Assembly (NCBI RefSeq): GCF_021869535.1
Contig: NW_026262593.1
Span: 5,952,001-6,016,000 of the forward strand
Direction of reading: 5' to 3'
Length of the DNA: 64,000 bases
Source: Mytilus californianus
Lineage: Eukaryota
Position 1 is the first letter of the stretch. Every line of letters starts with the position of its first letter. Below the pieces are notes generated by a model that had not been told where the DNA came from, ran no database searches, and saw nothing but the letters and a program-made list of their open reading frames with translations. Below, in pieces: positions 13,345 to 25,656 of the stretch. Made by a program: the position numbers and the translations under genes.

Positions 13345-14040
13345 TTTTGTCGAGCCTTCGACTTTTGTCGAAAAAGCAAGACATAGCAATCCTACATTCT
13401 GTCGGCGTCATAGGTGGCAACGGCGGCCACAAATATTCACTCTTTGGTTAAAGTTTTTGAAATTTTCATAACTTTCTTAAACAATCCTGGATTTCTACAA
13501 ACGTGGACAAAAGCTTGTTTATGATATTGATAGTATCCAAAAGTAAATTTTGTTAAAAAAAAATCGGTTATTTCCGTATTCTACTTATAAATGGACTTAA
13601 GTTTTTCTGCCAAGAAACATTACATTCACTCTGTTGTTAAAGTTTTTAAAATTTTAGTAACTTTCTTAAACTATCCTGGATTTGAACCAAACTTGGACAG
13701 AAGCTTGTTTATGATCAAAAGCTAGTATCTAGAAGGAAATTTTGTTAAAATTTTGTACCTGTTTATCCATATTTCATTTTTAAATGGACTTCCCCATTTC
13801 CATTCTCAATTTTATTAGTTTTTCTTCCAGTAACATTACATACAGTCTGCAGTTAAGTTTTTAATACATTTATTAGATCCATAAACTATCCTGGATTTTT
13901 ACCAAACTTGGACAGAAGCTTATTACAATCAAAAGATAGTATCAAGAGGAATATTTTTTATTAATTTTCTTCCTCATTTTTGTTGAACCTGCAATTAACA
14001 GCAAAAGTAGGCCAGACACTTGGTTCTGCGCTTACGAATT
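13345..14040 (-). mobile_element. HINE-like element (inverse copy of 24065-24710)
   Basis: Reverse-complement similarity to 24065-24710, with internal repeats (CCAAACTTGGACAGAAGCTT) and a terminal palindrome near 13345-13385. Confidence 0.7.
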
Positions 14041-15254
14041 TTTAGTTTATGCATGATTTTTTTTCAACTTATGAATTTTTATTTGTAATACGTATTTTGG
14101 TCATAACTGTTAATTGTGACCTGTGGAGCAGGAACTGTTTACCCTTCCTTTTCTTTCAGGAGCACCAATGTTGTTAAAATTCTCCATTTTGTTGGGTTCA
14201 TATTACTCAATCTAGTTTTCTGGTTAGTGTCAGATTGCTCCCTTAGAAATTTATCCCTTTTCTACACTAAAACAGAATATCAATGAATATTTTTGGTGCT
14301 CCATGATAATTATCTTGTGGACTTAAAGACTATACCCAGACGTGAATTTACACATCAAAATCATAACTGCTTAAATGAAATGACTTAAGACATCTACTAC
14401 ATGTATCTTATGCAAGATTACCTTTGAATGTTAAAGTTTCATGCAGTCCCGGTTGTGATGTTCCTATGATCTGGGAGATTAATCAGTATATATCCTTCTC
14501 CAACTGTCCATCCACAAGAATACTGGTCACATCCTAATAAATGACTATCCTTCACATTCTCTGGTTCACAGCTGATTAAGTCTATATTCCTTTCAGATCT
14601 ATCATTTGAGTATTTTATTGTCCGCTATTCTTACTGTCTACTATACAACTTGCAACTCCAGTAATCGCCAAGTGTCGCATAGGGCGCAAATGGATTTTGC
14701 TTTTCTGTAACATTATGGTTTTTACAAGGATAGGTTGTTGGCCTATCTCTCAATCCCTAACCTGAAGAACCAGAGAATCTTTACTCAAGGTTTCTTTCCT
14801 TTAGATCAATTGCAGACCAAGGCTGACAAGTCAAATCTACGCAGAATTTTATATCAGAGTTTTCTTCTCCTAGACAAATTGCCTTAAATTCAAGGCTGAT
14901 GACCATCATCCTGCTGGCTATTTACCCATAACTGGGGCAAGGTTGATGAGTGCTAGGGCATGTCCACACATCGATGGGCCTACACAATGCATCTCTAGGG
15001 TCCTTGCTACTCCGAGATCCTCTACAGTGAAGCCTAGGATACTTAATCCTAGTTACCATGTGCTGTCGCGAGGAGGCACTGTAGAAGTCTTGTTAGTGCA
15101 GAGGCTATGTACTGGCAGGAAAGACTTACGCACTCAGCTTTCTTTTCACCTATGAATATAAGCTATCCAGTGGCAGCGTAAGAGTCTATGACCCCCAACC
15201 GCACTAGACGCATACACAAACCTGTGGTAACACCACCAGCACACAAAAAAAAAG

Positions 15255-15690
15255 GTTATTTGTTTCAAATTAAGAAAAAGAAAGGGTTATTTATTTAAAT
15301 TTAGAAAAAGGAACTGTTATTTATTTAAATTCAGAAAAAGGAAGCGTTATTTTTTTCTAATTTAGAAAAAAGAAGGTTTATTTATTAAAAATTTGAAAGA
15401 GGAATGGTTATTTATCTAAAATCTAGAAAAGGAATTGTTATTTATTCAAATTAAGAAAAAGAAAGGGTTAAATATTTAAATTTAGAAAAAGGAAGGGTTA
15501 TTGATTCAAATTTAGAAACAGGAAGTGTTATTTATTTAAATTTAGAAAAAGGTAGGGTTATTGATTCAAATTTAGAAAAAGGAAGAGTTATTTATTTAAA
15601 TTTAGAAAAAGGTAGGGTTATTTATTTAAAATCCCAAAAAAGGAAGTGTTATTTATTTAAATTCAGAAAAAGGCAAGGTTCATTATTTGA
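15255..15690. repeat. ~30-bp satellite (AAATTTAGAAAAAGGAAGGGTTATTTATTC), block 1
   Basis: Visible periodicity. The same unit resumes at 17095-17760. Confidence 0.95.
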
Positions 15691-15855
15691 AACTTATAAT
15701 GCATTTCATCCAAAAGTACAGGGTTATTTGTACTTCACAAACTTTAAAGCAACTATACACCATCAGAACAGTGTGAATACAACACCAACACATTACTTAC
15801 AACACATTACTTACTTCCCCTCGTTACCCAGCAACTTCTACCTCTCTATTACACC

Positions 15856-16500
15856 AGGCCATGGGGTAACCCTCCTTGACCTCCAAGCCCTTAAATACAA
15901 GTCCCTAGACTCCCATTGGATAACCCTTACCACCCTCCAGGCCCTTAAATACAAGTCCCTGGACTCCCATGGGGTAACCCTCACTGACCCCAACTCTTAA
16001 ATACAAGTCCCTGGACTTCCATGGGGTAACCCTCCCCATCCTCCAAGCCCTTAAATACAAGTCCCTGGACTCCCATGGGGTAACCCTCCCCAACCTCCAT
16101 GCCTTTAATTACAAGTCCCTGGACTCCCATGGGGTAACCCTCCCCGACCCCCAAACCCTTAAATACAAGTCCCTGGACTCCCATGGGGTAGCCCTCCCCG
16201 ACCTCCAAGCTCTTAAATACAAGTCCCTGGACTCCCATGGGGTAACCCTCCCCGACCCCCAAGCTCTTAAATACAAGTCCCTGGACTCCCATGGGGTAAC
16301 CCTCCCCGACCCCAAGCCCTTAAATAAAAGTCCCTGGACTCCCATGGGGTAACCCTTCCCAACCTCCAAGTCCTTAAATACAAGTCCCTGAACTCCAATG
16401 GTGTAACCCTCCCCAACCCCCAATCCCTTAAATACAAGTCCCTAGACTCCCATGGGGTAACCCTCCCAGACCCCCAAACCCTTAAATACAAGTCCCTGGG
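15856..16500. repeat. GC-rich 54-bp tandem repeat, ~12 copies
   Basis: Unit CATGGGGTAACCCTCCCCGACCTCCAAGCCCTTAAATACAAGTCCCTGGACTCC. A few 1-bp-shorter units shift the reading frames. Confidence 0.95.
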
Positions 16501-16767
16501 CCCCCACTCTCCCTTTCATCAGACCCCTGGGCTTCCCCTCCAAGACCTCTGAGCTCTTAAATTCCAGTTCCTAGATGTTGCCTCATTCCTCCCAACCTGC
16601 TCCAAAGCCCAGTCCCAGGTCAACTAAAGATAAAGCTGTTGCTATGTGGGGTGAGGGGATAATTAAAGAAAACGAAGAAGAAAACATCAGCAAGCCGGTA
16701 GAAGCTTTACCTTTAATTCTATCCATACAGTGCTAATGGTTGTGGGTGTCATGCTAAGGTAACATGC

Positions 16768-16875
16768 TTGGGTATCGTGATTGTGTATCATGCGTATCGT
16801 GATTGGGTATCGTGATTGGGTATAGTAATTGGGTATCGTGATTGGGTATCGTGATTGGGTTTTGTGATTGGGTTT
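16768..16875. repeat. 13-bp minisatellite (GGGTATCGTGATT)n
   Basis: About 7 imperfect copies. Confidence 0.9.
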
Positions 16876-17094
16876 CATGTCTAGTTAGGTAATGTTCTAC
16901 TGACTTGCTAGTGTTCAATTTTTTCAATTTTTAAACATTTTTAAAAAAGCAAGTAATGTATTCATGTTGCACTCAGACGCTATAATAATGCAGTATTGTT
17001 AAATTCAAGTTGTTGGAAGTCCAAATCTCATTGCTAAACAAAATTATAAGAAAGTTTTCAAACTAATTTAGTTATTGTGAGCTAAATTTGATAT

Positions 17095-17760
17095 TTAAAT
17101 TTAGAAAATGGAAGAGTTATTGATTCAAATTTAGAAAAAGGAAGGGGTATTTATTTAAATTTAGAAAAAGTACAGGTTAGTTATTCAAATTCAGAAAAAG
17201 GAAGAGTTATTTATTTTAATGTAGAAAAAGGAACAGTTATTTATCTAAAATCTAAAAAAAGGAAGGGTTATTTATTCAAATTTAAAAAAAGCAAGGGTTA
17301 TTTATTCAAATTTTGGAAAAAGGAATGGTTATTTATTTAAATTTAGAAAAAGGAAGGGTTTATTATTCAAATTTAGAAAAAGGAAGGGTTATTTATTCAG
17401 ATTTAGAAAAAGGAACGGTTATTTATTTAAATTTAGAAAAAGGAATGGTTATTTATTCAAATTTAGAAAAAGGAATGGTTTATTATTCAAATTTAGAATA
17501 AGGACCGGTTATTTATTTAAATTTAGAAAAAGGAATTGTTATTTATTTAAATTTAGAAAAAGGAATTGTTATTTATCTAAAATCTAGAAAAGGAATTGTT
17601 ATTTATTCAAATTTAGAAAAAGGAATGGTTATTTATTTAAATTTAGAAAAAAGAAGGGCTATTTATTTAAATTTAGAAAAAGGAACGGTTATTTATTTAA
17701 AATCTAGAAAAGGAATTGTCATTTATTCAAATTTAGAAAAAAAGGAACAGTTATTTATTT
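17095..17760. repeat. ~30-bp satellite, block 2
   Basis: Same unit as 15255-15690, ~22 copies. Explains ORF 17313-17501. Confidence 0.95.
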
Positions 17761-18039
17761 TAATTCAGAAAAAGATAATTACTTAGTTTTGTCTTTAAAA
17801 AAGCATGTTTACTCTTTATCAACAATTGCATGGATATATTTTAATGCTTCTTGTTTAAAGTCTAATAAATTTTAGTGTTTTGTTTGAAATTTAGAAAAAA
17901 AAAATTTTTTAAATTGCCAAATTTTGTTTAAAATCTAACAAATTTTGTTTTTATCGTTTAAAAATTAAATAAATTTTGGTGATTTTGTTTAAAATTTAAT
18001 AAATTTTGATGTTTTTGTTCAAAATATTTAAGAGGAAAG

Positions 18040-18390
18040 TTCGCGTGAAAATAATGTATCCATTACTTTATTACAATGTAATTCATTTCTGCCTTCCCGT
18101 GAAAATAATGTATCCATTACTTCATCACAACATAATTCAATTCCGCCTTCCCATGAAAATAATGTATCCATTACTTCATCACAACATAATTCAATTCCGC
18201 CTTCCCATGAAAATAATGTATCCATTACTTCATCACGATATATTTCAATTCCGCCTTCCTGTCAAAATAATGTATCCATTACTTTATTACGATGTAATTC
18301 AATTCCGCCTTCCCGTGGAAATAATGTATCCATTACTTCATCACGATATAATTCAATTCAGCCTTCTTGTGAAAATAATGTATCCATTAC
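18040..18390. repeat. 54-bp tandem repeat, ~6.5 copies
   Basis: Unit CTTCCCGTGAAAATAATGTATCCATTACTTCATCACAACATAATTCAATTCCGC. Confidence 0.95.
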
Positions 18391-18459
18391 TGAAACTAAA
18401 CTGAAGGAGAAGATTAAAATACCTGAAAAAAAAATCAATTATTACACATAGATATTAGT

Positions 18460-18495
<36 letters not shown>

Positions 18496-21223
18496 AAGTA
18501 GAATGTTTGTCACCACCAAATTATCAGAGACCATCTTTCCAACACATTACTTCAAATTAAAATTAAATATATTGCAGGTTACTTTTGATATTAATTAACA
18601 AACATGAAATATAAAAAACGAAGTTTATTTTTTGGAATTGAAATATTGAAATGGTGATAATGTTATTTTTATCACAAATCTGCAATGTTTTGTGTTTTAA
18701 TCAGAGTCCCAATAAAATATCTCAATGAAATATTACTTTTATACCTTCACATTTACATTAGAACAATTACCTTTCAGGGAAAAAACTACTGACCAAAATA
18801 TTAAAAAAGTATAGATTTTTGCATAAAATACCAAGTAATGTGAGGAAACCAATCGTATGCAGGAAAAGCTCAGTTGTAGTGACATTTATTCTCAGTATTA
18901 CTAGTGACAGATAAGTACTGAAACTTGTACTAACAACAGATCTAAACACCTCTACAACTATAACCTTCACTGGACAATTGTAAGTTCTTAAATAAAACAA
19001 GTATGGACGTCATGCAGTCAGATAAAGCAGAATTATCTACTGCGCCAACTGTAGGGAAAAATTATTTTTTACCAGTGTATATGTCATTATGTTTTACTAT
19101 ACTGTACTATCAACTCCAAGAACTTTTTTTGTTGGTGACTTTCATATTTCTTTGTTTGTGTGAATTTTTTGTGTGTGAATTCTTTGTATGTCAATTTTTA
19201 AGTCAGTTGTGTTGTATGTTTACACAATTTTGGCTCCTCTGTCATAATTATTGTAATGTTAACCAATTATGTCAATAAAAAGAAACAAGTAAGGCAAATG
19301 CCACTGGTTTTTAATTTTGTTCAGGTCGTCATCATGGAGTGGACCATTTGACTTTGCAAGGTTTTATGGATTCTCCTTTTTTGAATTTACCATGGAGTTG
19401 AGTTAATGTAAATAGATATGGCACTATGGGATGATTTTTAAGGTCATATTCAAAGATGAGACCCTCAAGGTTGATCAAGGATGTCAAGGTCAGAGTCATG
19501 CCTTTCAGAACGATGTTCATAATACAGCATCTATACTAAAATAAAAAAACAAAATTTGAATGTTGTAAATTTTTTTATAAATAACTGGTCTGAAGAAAAA
19601 AATTTTTAAAACAATTTATGAAAGCTAAAGACAAAACAAAAATTGAATAAATTCATAAATATTGACTTTAAAATCTACTGGAACAGTTATACATTTAATC
19701 TGACTCTAAATTTGGCATTAGACAATTTTTCTTTGAATAGAAAATTTTTCCTAGCTCAGAAATACCAAACTTTTCTGAAAATTACTAGAAGTATAAACAT
19801 TCCTAAATAACTTCCCTCCACAGAACAGTACACAATACCCTTAAGATATCTGTCTCTCTATTCTCTATTATTATCTCATTCATTCATTTATTCATTCATT
19901 CATTCATTCATTCACACATCTTCCAGACAACCTATTTAGGAAGTATCATGTTAGTTATCCCACCCAGATTAGTTCTTGATACTTTGAGAATAAAATGGTT
20001 TTATATTGAAGTACCAGACATGGAGGGATGATTAAACAAGAAGTTTCAGCTACCAGGTTTCCAGGTGTACGGTGCATTCAGAGCAAATTTAGAAAGATGT
20101 TATTTTATTTTACATTTTACAAAATAGTTTAGAAAAAATTCTGAATTAAAATAAGTCATGTTTATCAAAAAGAAAAAGATATTGTAAGATGGCAACGATA
20201 ACTGGGAGAACATAAGCATCTGACCTTTCTAAACTTTATCTCTAAGACCTTGGGAATTTAAAACTTTTCTGATCTCAAAGTGATTTACTGATTCGTTTCA
20301 GTTGTACATTGTCTCTACATCTTCTATATAGGTGTTTCCCTCAAAAACAGATCTTGTCTTGCTGATCATTTTTAAATTCTTTTAAAAATTTTCTATCTCT
20401 CTATAATATAGTTTTTATTCTATCTATTTATAATTTATAGTTTTTTTCTATCTATCAATAGTATATGTCCAAAGTATGGTAAAAAAAAGGTCATTAAAAG
20501 GGAAACAACTCCAAAAAATGTTGACAGACAAGATTGATGATCGGTACCAAATTTCTGCTGTGTTTTTTCAAAATCTGATTCATACCAAATTTGAAGCTGT
20601 GTGTTACTTATAAAGTCAGGTGTGTTGAGTTCAATGATGGTGTCATGTGATATTTACAAGTTTTACCTTGGGTATAATGAAATCCTGAATTCCCACCAAA
20701 ATAAATAGTGATTCTGAATGTTTTTGCTGTACAAAATTAATACTCTATTTCCATCATTACTGTACATATGAAGGTCTCTGATATCCTAATGATGATAACA
20801 TACTACAACAACATTATACATCTACCTTTGGTAACATACAATGTCTGACTTAAAAATTGTATAAACATTCATGCTTTTATTTACATATATATATATATAC
20901 AAAGAAAGTAAGGGTAGTCAGTACTAGGGGTGTGGGGTAAGACTTAACAGGAAGGGGGAAACTCAAGGAGGGAGTAAGACTAAGGGCAGGTTTACTACTA
21001 TCTTTTTATAGTTTACACTTTTGCCAGAGAATTCCTAACCTGTTATGACCTATCAAATGACCAAACCGTCAATGAAGTGTTCAAGATACAATCATCGCTA
21101 AATTATCAACCAACCAATCAATCGATAACACCAATCATTCATTTATTACTTGTCAGGTAATTTGGGGGGCAACTGGCCGAAAGGGACAAAACTTACAAAA
21201 ATATAAATTTGAACCTGCTCTTC

Positions 21224-22070
21224 TCAACGACACACAATACTAAGCTGAAACATCCGACACCTCAAACTGTACCCTCTTAAGGTCCTACAAAAACCATTCA
21301 GACAATAACTCTTCATGAAATGCCTCCTCAACCAAACTCTCCTCATGGCTGCTCTTCCCTCCTCATCCCAAATCAGAACTCTGTCCTGCTCATCAGTAAA
21401 GACCTGGTCATCCTCTAAAGACAGATCCTCCACATCACTTACACCTTCCTCCTCTAAATCCAAAGGACCACAGCAAGGTAAAACCCTGGAGATTACATAC
21501 TGCATCTGCAGATTTCGACCCTCACTTTCCAAGTTTGCGCCAAACATCTGCAGAGTCTCATCATCACTCTCCAACCTTTGTTTTATCTCGCCACAATCCT
21601 CGGCTATGGCCTCCACCTCCTCTGAAACCTCAAGAACCCTCCTCTCCAAATCCTCCCACCACTCATCAGCCTGCTGCTGCTCCTGATCCCAGGTTGAGAA
21701 AAGGTCAGCCTCATCTATGTTGAAGACCAAGTCATGTTCCTCTACCTCCGCAAACACCGCTGTATCATTTTCAACAGTGTCATCCAAAGTAGAAATGACT
21801 TCTACCTCAAATGGCATTGCTGAAAACAATGCAACACGGGGTGCTTCTATCAAAGACTGCTCAGGGTCAGCAGTCCTTGGTAGCTCAGGAGACTCTACCA
21901 CAGGGTAAGGAACACTCTCATCATGACACAAACCTTGAACCTGGGGTGACCTCTCTGGCTCAACACATGGTCTAACCGAAGGACCATACGGACACAGACC
22001 TACTAAGTCGACGAGCTCTCTCACCATACATAGTATACCAATAATTTTTCTTGCTTTTTTGTCGTTTTGT
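21224..22070 (-). CDS. Orphan acidic protein, probable terminal or main exon (in-frame ATG at 22027)
   Basis: Stop-free for 309 codons and GC-rich relative to its flanks. Acceptor cttttctgtattttcag| at 22071. AATAAA on the minus strand at 21142-21147. E/D-rich with a basic Cys-containing C-terminus. No family recognised. Confidence 0.55.
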
Positions 22071-22350
22071 CTGAAAATACAGAAAAGTAAAATGATCTTA
22101 GTTATGCTTGTTAATAATAGACAACAATAAGTTACAAAAAAGTATACAATCATATGGAATTTTATTGGATTTTTTTAAATGGCAATATTAGTCTCTAAAC
22201 CGACTAATATGTCAGGTCAACATTTTTTCGATTTGATTCAAATAACACAGTTAAAGATCTTCATGTTGCTTCCAGAATACCCTACTCTTTTAGATGACAT
22301 CCATTTCATTCACTTAACACTAATAAAATAGGCAACTAACTGATCATCGG

Positions 22351-22584
22351 ACAGAGAGAACAATTTCAGCACAGAATAGGATCAAATCTGACTTCTGGAG
22401 CTCACTTTCAACCAAAACCTTGGAGCAGTTGATTAGAATCAGTGGGGAAGGTCCTACTATAGAGGAGTACGACCCTTAGGCTGATGTTGATAGATGGTTC
22501 AACACAGAGAGAAGGATCCTGAACCTGAACTACACCCACTGGCCCTCAGATGATGAAATTGAGGAATTAGAATGGACAACTTAA
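22351..22584 (+). pseudogene. hAT transposase C-terminal dimerisation region remnant (ZNF862-like)
   Basis: Reads TERTISAQNRIKSDFWSSLSTKTLEQLIRISGEGPTIEEYDP*ADVDRWF, matching the hAT pattern ER.FS.QNRIK...R..L...L..L.RIS.EGP...FD...W. One internal stop. Confidence 0.75.
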
Positions 22585-22694
22585 ACTCACCTGTTCAATA
22601 TATATTATAAAAATAATATAATGTTCAAAATAAAATTAATAAAACAGTCACATTTACCACATGATTTATCTAATTTTATTTTATAGTTGATTTA

Positions 22695-22912
22695 CTGTAA
22701 ACCAACATATTTTCGCGGATACTTTATTTCGCCTTTACTCCTTTCTAGACTACTTTGCACCGATTTAATTTCGCGATTTTCAAATTTACTTGATGTATTT
22801 TAATCAGGGAAGATCTAAGTTTTTCATATTTGCTACGATTTATATTCGCGTTATTTTTCTACTCGTGAAAGTCGCGAAAATAAATCGTTCGCGAAAATTA
22901 GTTGGTTTATAG
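22695..22912. mobile_element. Tc1/mariner-pogo-type MITE (TA TSD)
   Basis: TA|CTGTAAACCAACATATTTTCGCG ... CGCGAAAATTAGTTGGTTTATAG|TA imperfect TIRs. Confidence 0.75.
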
Positions 22913-23189
22913 TATACAAACTATTTTCTACACTCAACAGCATTAAAACACATAACAAAAACTTAATACTTTCATTTCACAAGGGTTGTTTAGCTAGAAA
23001 AAAAAATGTAGGCAACCTGAAATTATTTCCTGGCCACTGAAATTTTGAGTTGGCCACTAAATTTTCAAGACAATAATATTTTGAGCCTATTTTTCAAAAT
23101 TGAAACAATTAATTAACATTTGTAACTGGTAGATAAAAGAGAATTATTATTAATCAAAATTCCCTTTTTACAAATGTTTGAAACTAACA

Positions 23190-25550
23190 AAATTCATAGC
23201 TACAACAAGGGGGCTATTTAATTTCATGGAATCAACACTTACAAATGCCAACACATTTGCATACCAAATATCATTGACTTAACATAAGCATCTAAAACTG
23301 ATCTACAGGTACATGTAATCTAAGCAAAAGTTAATCTAACTCAATAGACCATGACTGAGGGGTATGGGCCAAATATTCTCCATGGTAATGAGATGTGCTA
23401 ATGTTTATACACCTGAATATCATTTAACATTTGCCTACCCTAAATGGTTCCCCTTGAACTGACCTATTCACAAACTAATACATGTTAACTTAGCAAAATT
23501 TTCAAAGTCAATAGACCATGACTAAGGGAGTGGAGTCAAATAATCTCCATGGAAATGAGATATGCCAATGCTTATACAACTGCATACCAAATATCATTGA
23601 CCTACCAATAGTGTCTCCCCATAAACTGACCTAATTACAAATTAATATATGTAAAACAAGCAAAAGATTCAGTCAATAGACCATGACTGAATGGGCTGCG
23701 GGCCCAATTATCTCCATGGAAATGAGATGTGCCAATGCTAATACAACTGCATTCCAAATATGATTGACCTACCACTTGTGGTTCACCATAAACTAGACCT
23801 AATCATAAACTAATACATTGTTGACAACAACCCCTGCCATAGACAGCATGCCTATGTCTCACTTTTTGACTCAACCAAGGCGAGACAAAAATGGCAAAAA
23901 ATCTTAATACTCCTGACATATTGTGTCTCATTTATGTCATCCAATTCCCTGCATTAAACAAGAGTGCACAAGCTGAAATGTCTGGCCTTCTTTATTAATC
24001 ATTGATATTATGTTGATAGTCCTAAATATAAAGGTTTACTACAACTATCACATAAACATAAAATTTGTAAGGGTTCCGCGGAACCCAGTGTCTCGCCTAT
24101 TTTTGCTGTTAATCGCAGGCTCAACAAAAATGAGGAAAAAATTAATAAAAATATTCCTCTCAATACTATCTTTTGATTGTAAGAAGCTTAATTCGATCCA
24201 AGTTTGGTAAAAATCCAGGATAGTTTATGAATTTAATTAATGTTTTAAATCTTTAACTTCAGACTGTATGTTATGTTAACTGGAAGAAAAACTAAGTCCA
24301 TTTATGAGTAAAATACGGAAAAACAGGTACAAAATTTTAACAAAATTTCCTTCTAGATACTATCTTATGATCACAAACAAGCTTCTGTCCAAGTTTGGTA
24401 CAAATCCAGAATAGTTTAAGAAAGTTATTAAAATTTGAAAAACTTTAACCACAGAGTGAATGTAATGTTTCCTGGCAGAAAAACTAAGTCCATTTATAAG
24501 TAAAATACGGAAAAACAGGATTTTTTTTTTACAAAATTAACTTCTGGATACTATCTTATGATCATAAACAAGCTTCTGTCCAAGTTGGTAGAAATCCAGG
24601 ATAATTTAAGAAAGTTATTAAAATTTCAAAAACTTTAACCACAGAGTGAATATTTGTGGTTGCCGCCGACAGAATGTAGGATCACTATGTCTCACTTTTT
24701 CGACAAAGTCATTAAACCATGAAAAGGGGGGGGGGGGGCTATATAATCTCATGGAAACAACACTTACAAATGCCAATACATTTGCATACCAAATTTCATT
24801 GACTAATCATAAGCATCAAAAACTGATCTACAGGTACATGTAATCTAAGCAAAAGTTTCTAAGTCAATAGACCATGACTGAGGGGATGGGGCCAAATATT
24901 CTCCATGGTAATAAGATGTGCTAATGCTTATACAACTGAATACCATTTAACATTTGCCTACCCTAAATGGTTCCCCTTGAACTGACCTTATCACAAACTA
25001 ATACATGTTAACTTAGCAAAATTTTCAAAGTCAATAGACCATGACTAAGGGAGCGGAGTCAAATAATCTCCATGGAATTGAGATATGCCAATGCTTATAC
25101 AACTGCATACTAAATATCATTGACCTACCAATATTGGCTCCCCATAAACTGACCTATAAATCACAAACTAATACATGTAAAATAAGCAAAAGTTTCAGTC
25201 AATAGACCATGACTGAATGGCAGGGTCAAATGATCTCCATGGAAATGAGATGTGCCAATGCTAACACAACTGCATTCCAAATATGATTGACCTACCACTT
25301 GTGGTTCACCATAAACTAGGACTAAACTAATACATTGTTAACAACGCCCCGCAGGAGACAGTATGCCTATGTCTCACTTTTTGACTCCACCAAGGCGAGA
25401 CAAAAATGGCAAATAATCTTAATACTCCTGGCATATTGTGTCTCATTTATGTCATCCAATTCCCTGCATTAAACAAGAGTGCACAAGCTGAAATGTCTGG
25501 CCTTCTTTATTAATCATTGATATTATGTTGATAGTCCTAAATATAAAGCT
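23190..25550. repeat. Local duplication of an ~850-bp HINE-derived segment (period ~1515 bp)
   Basis: 23190-24030 is repeated at ~24715-25550 (gcattaaacaagagtgc at 23951 and 25466). Each copy has ~150-bp internal repeats (GACCATGACTGA...) and a terminal ATGTCTCACTTTTTGACTC...AGGCGAGACAAAAA. Confidence 0.9.
24065..24710 (+). mobile_element. HINE-like element between the duplicated blocks
   Basis: Inverse copy of 13345-14040. Confidence 0.7.
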
Positions 25551-25656
25551 TTAAAAAAAATGCGGTCAAAATCATATAAACCAGACAAGAAATACATGTA
25601 CACCTTACAATCATTCAATACAATAAATATAGTTGACCTATTGCTTATAGTTTCTT

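Noticed and set aside
19003-19520. Cys/Phe-rich 91-aa plus ORF and 62-aa minus ORF
   Set aside because: Low-complexity TG-rich composition, no recognisable motif and no consistent splice structure.
21315-21908. Three Ser-rich plus-strand ORFs
   Set aside because: Antisense shadows of the acidic minus-strand ORF.
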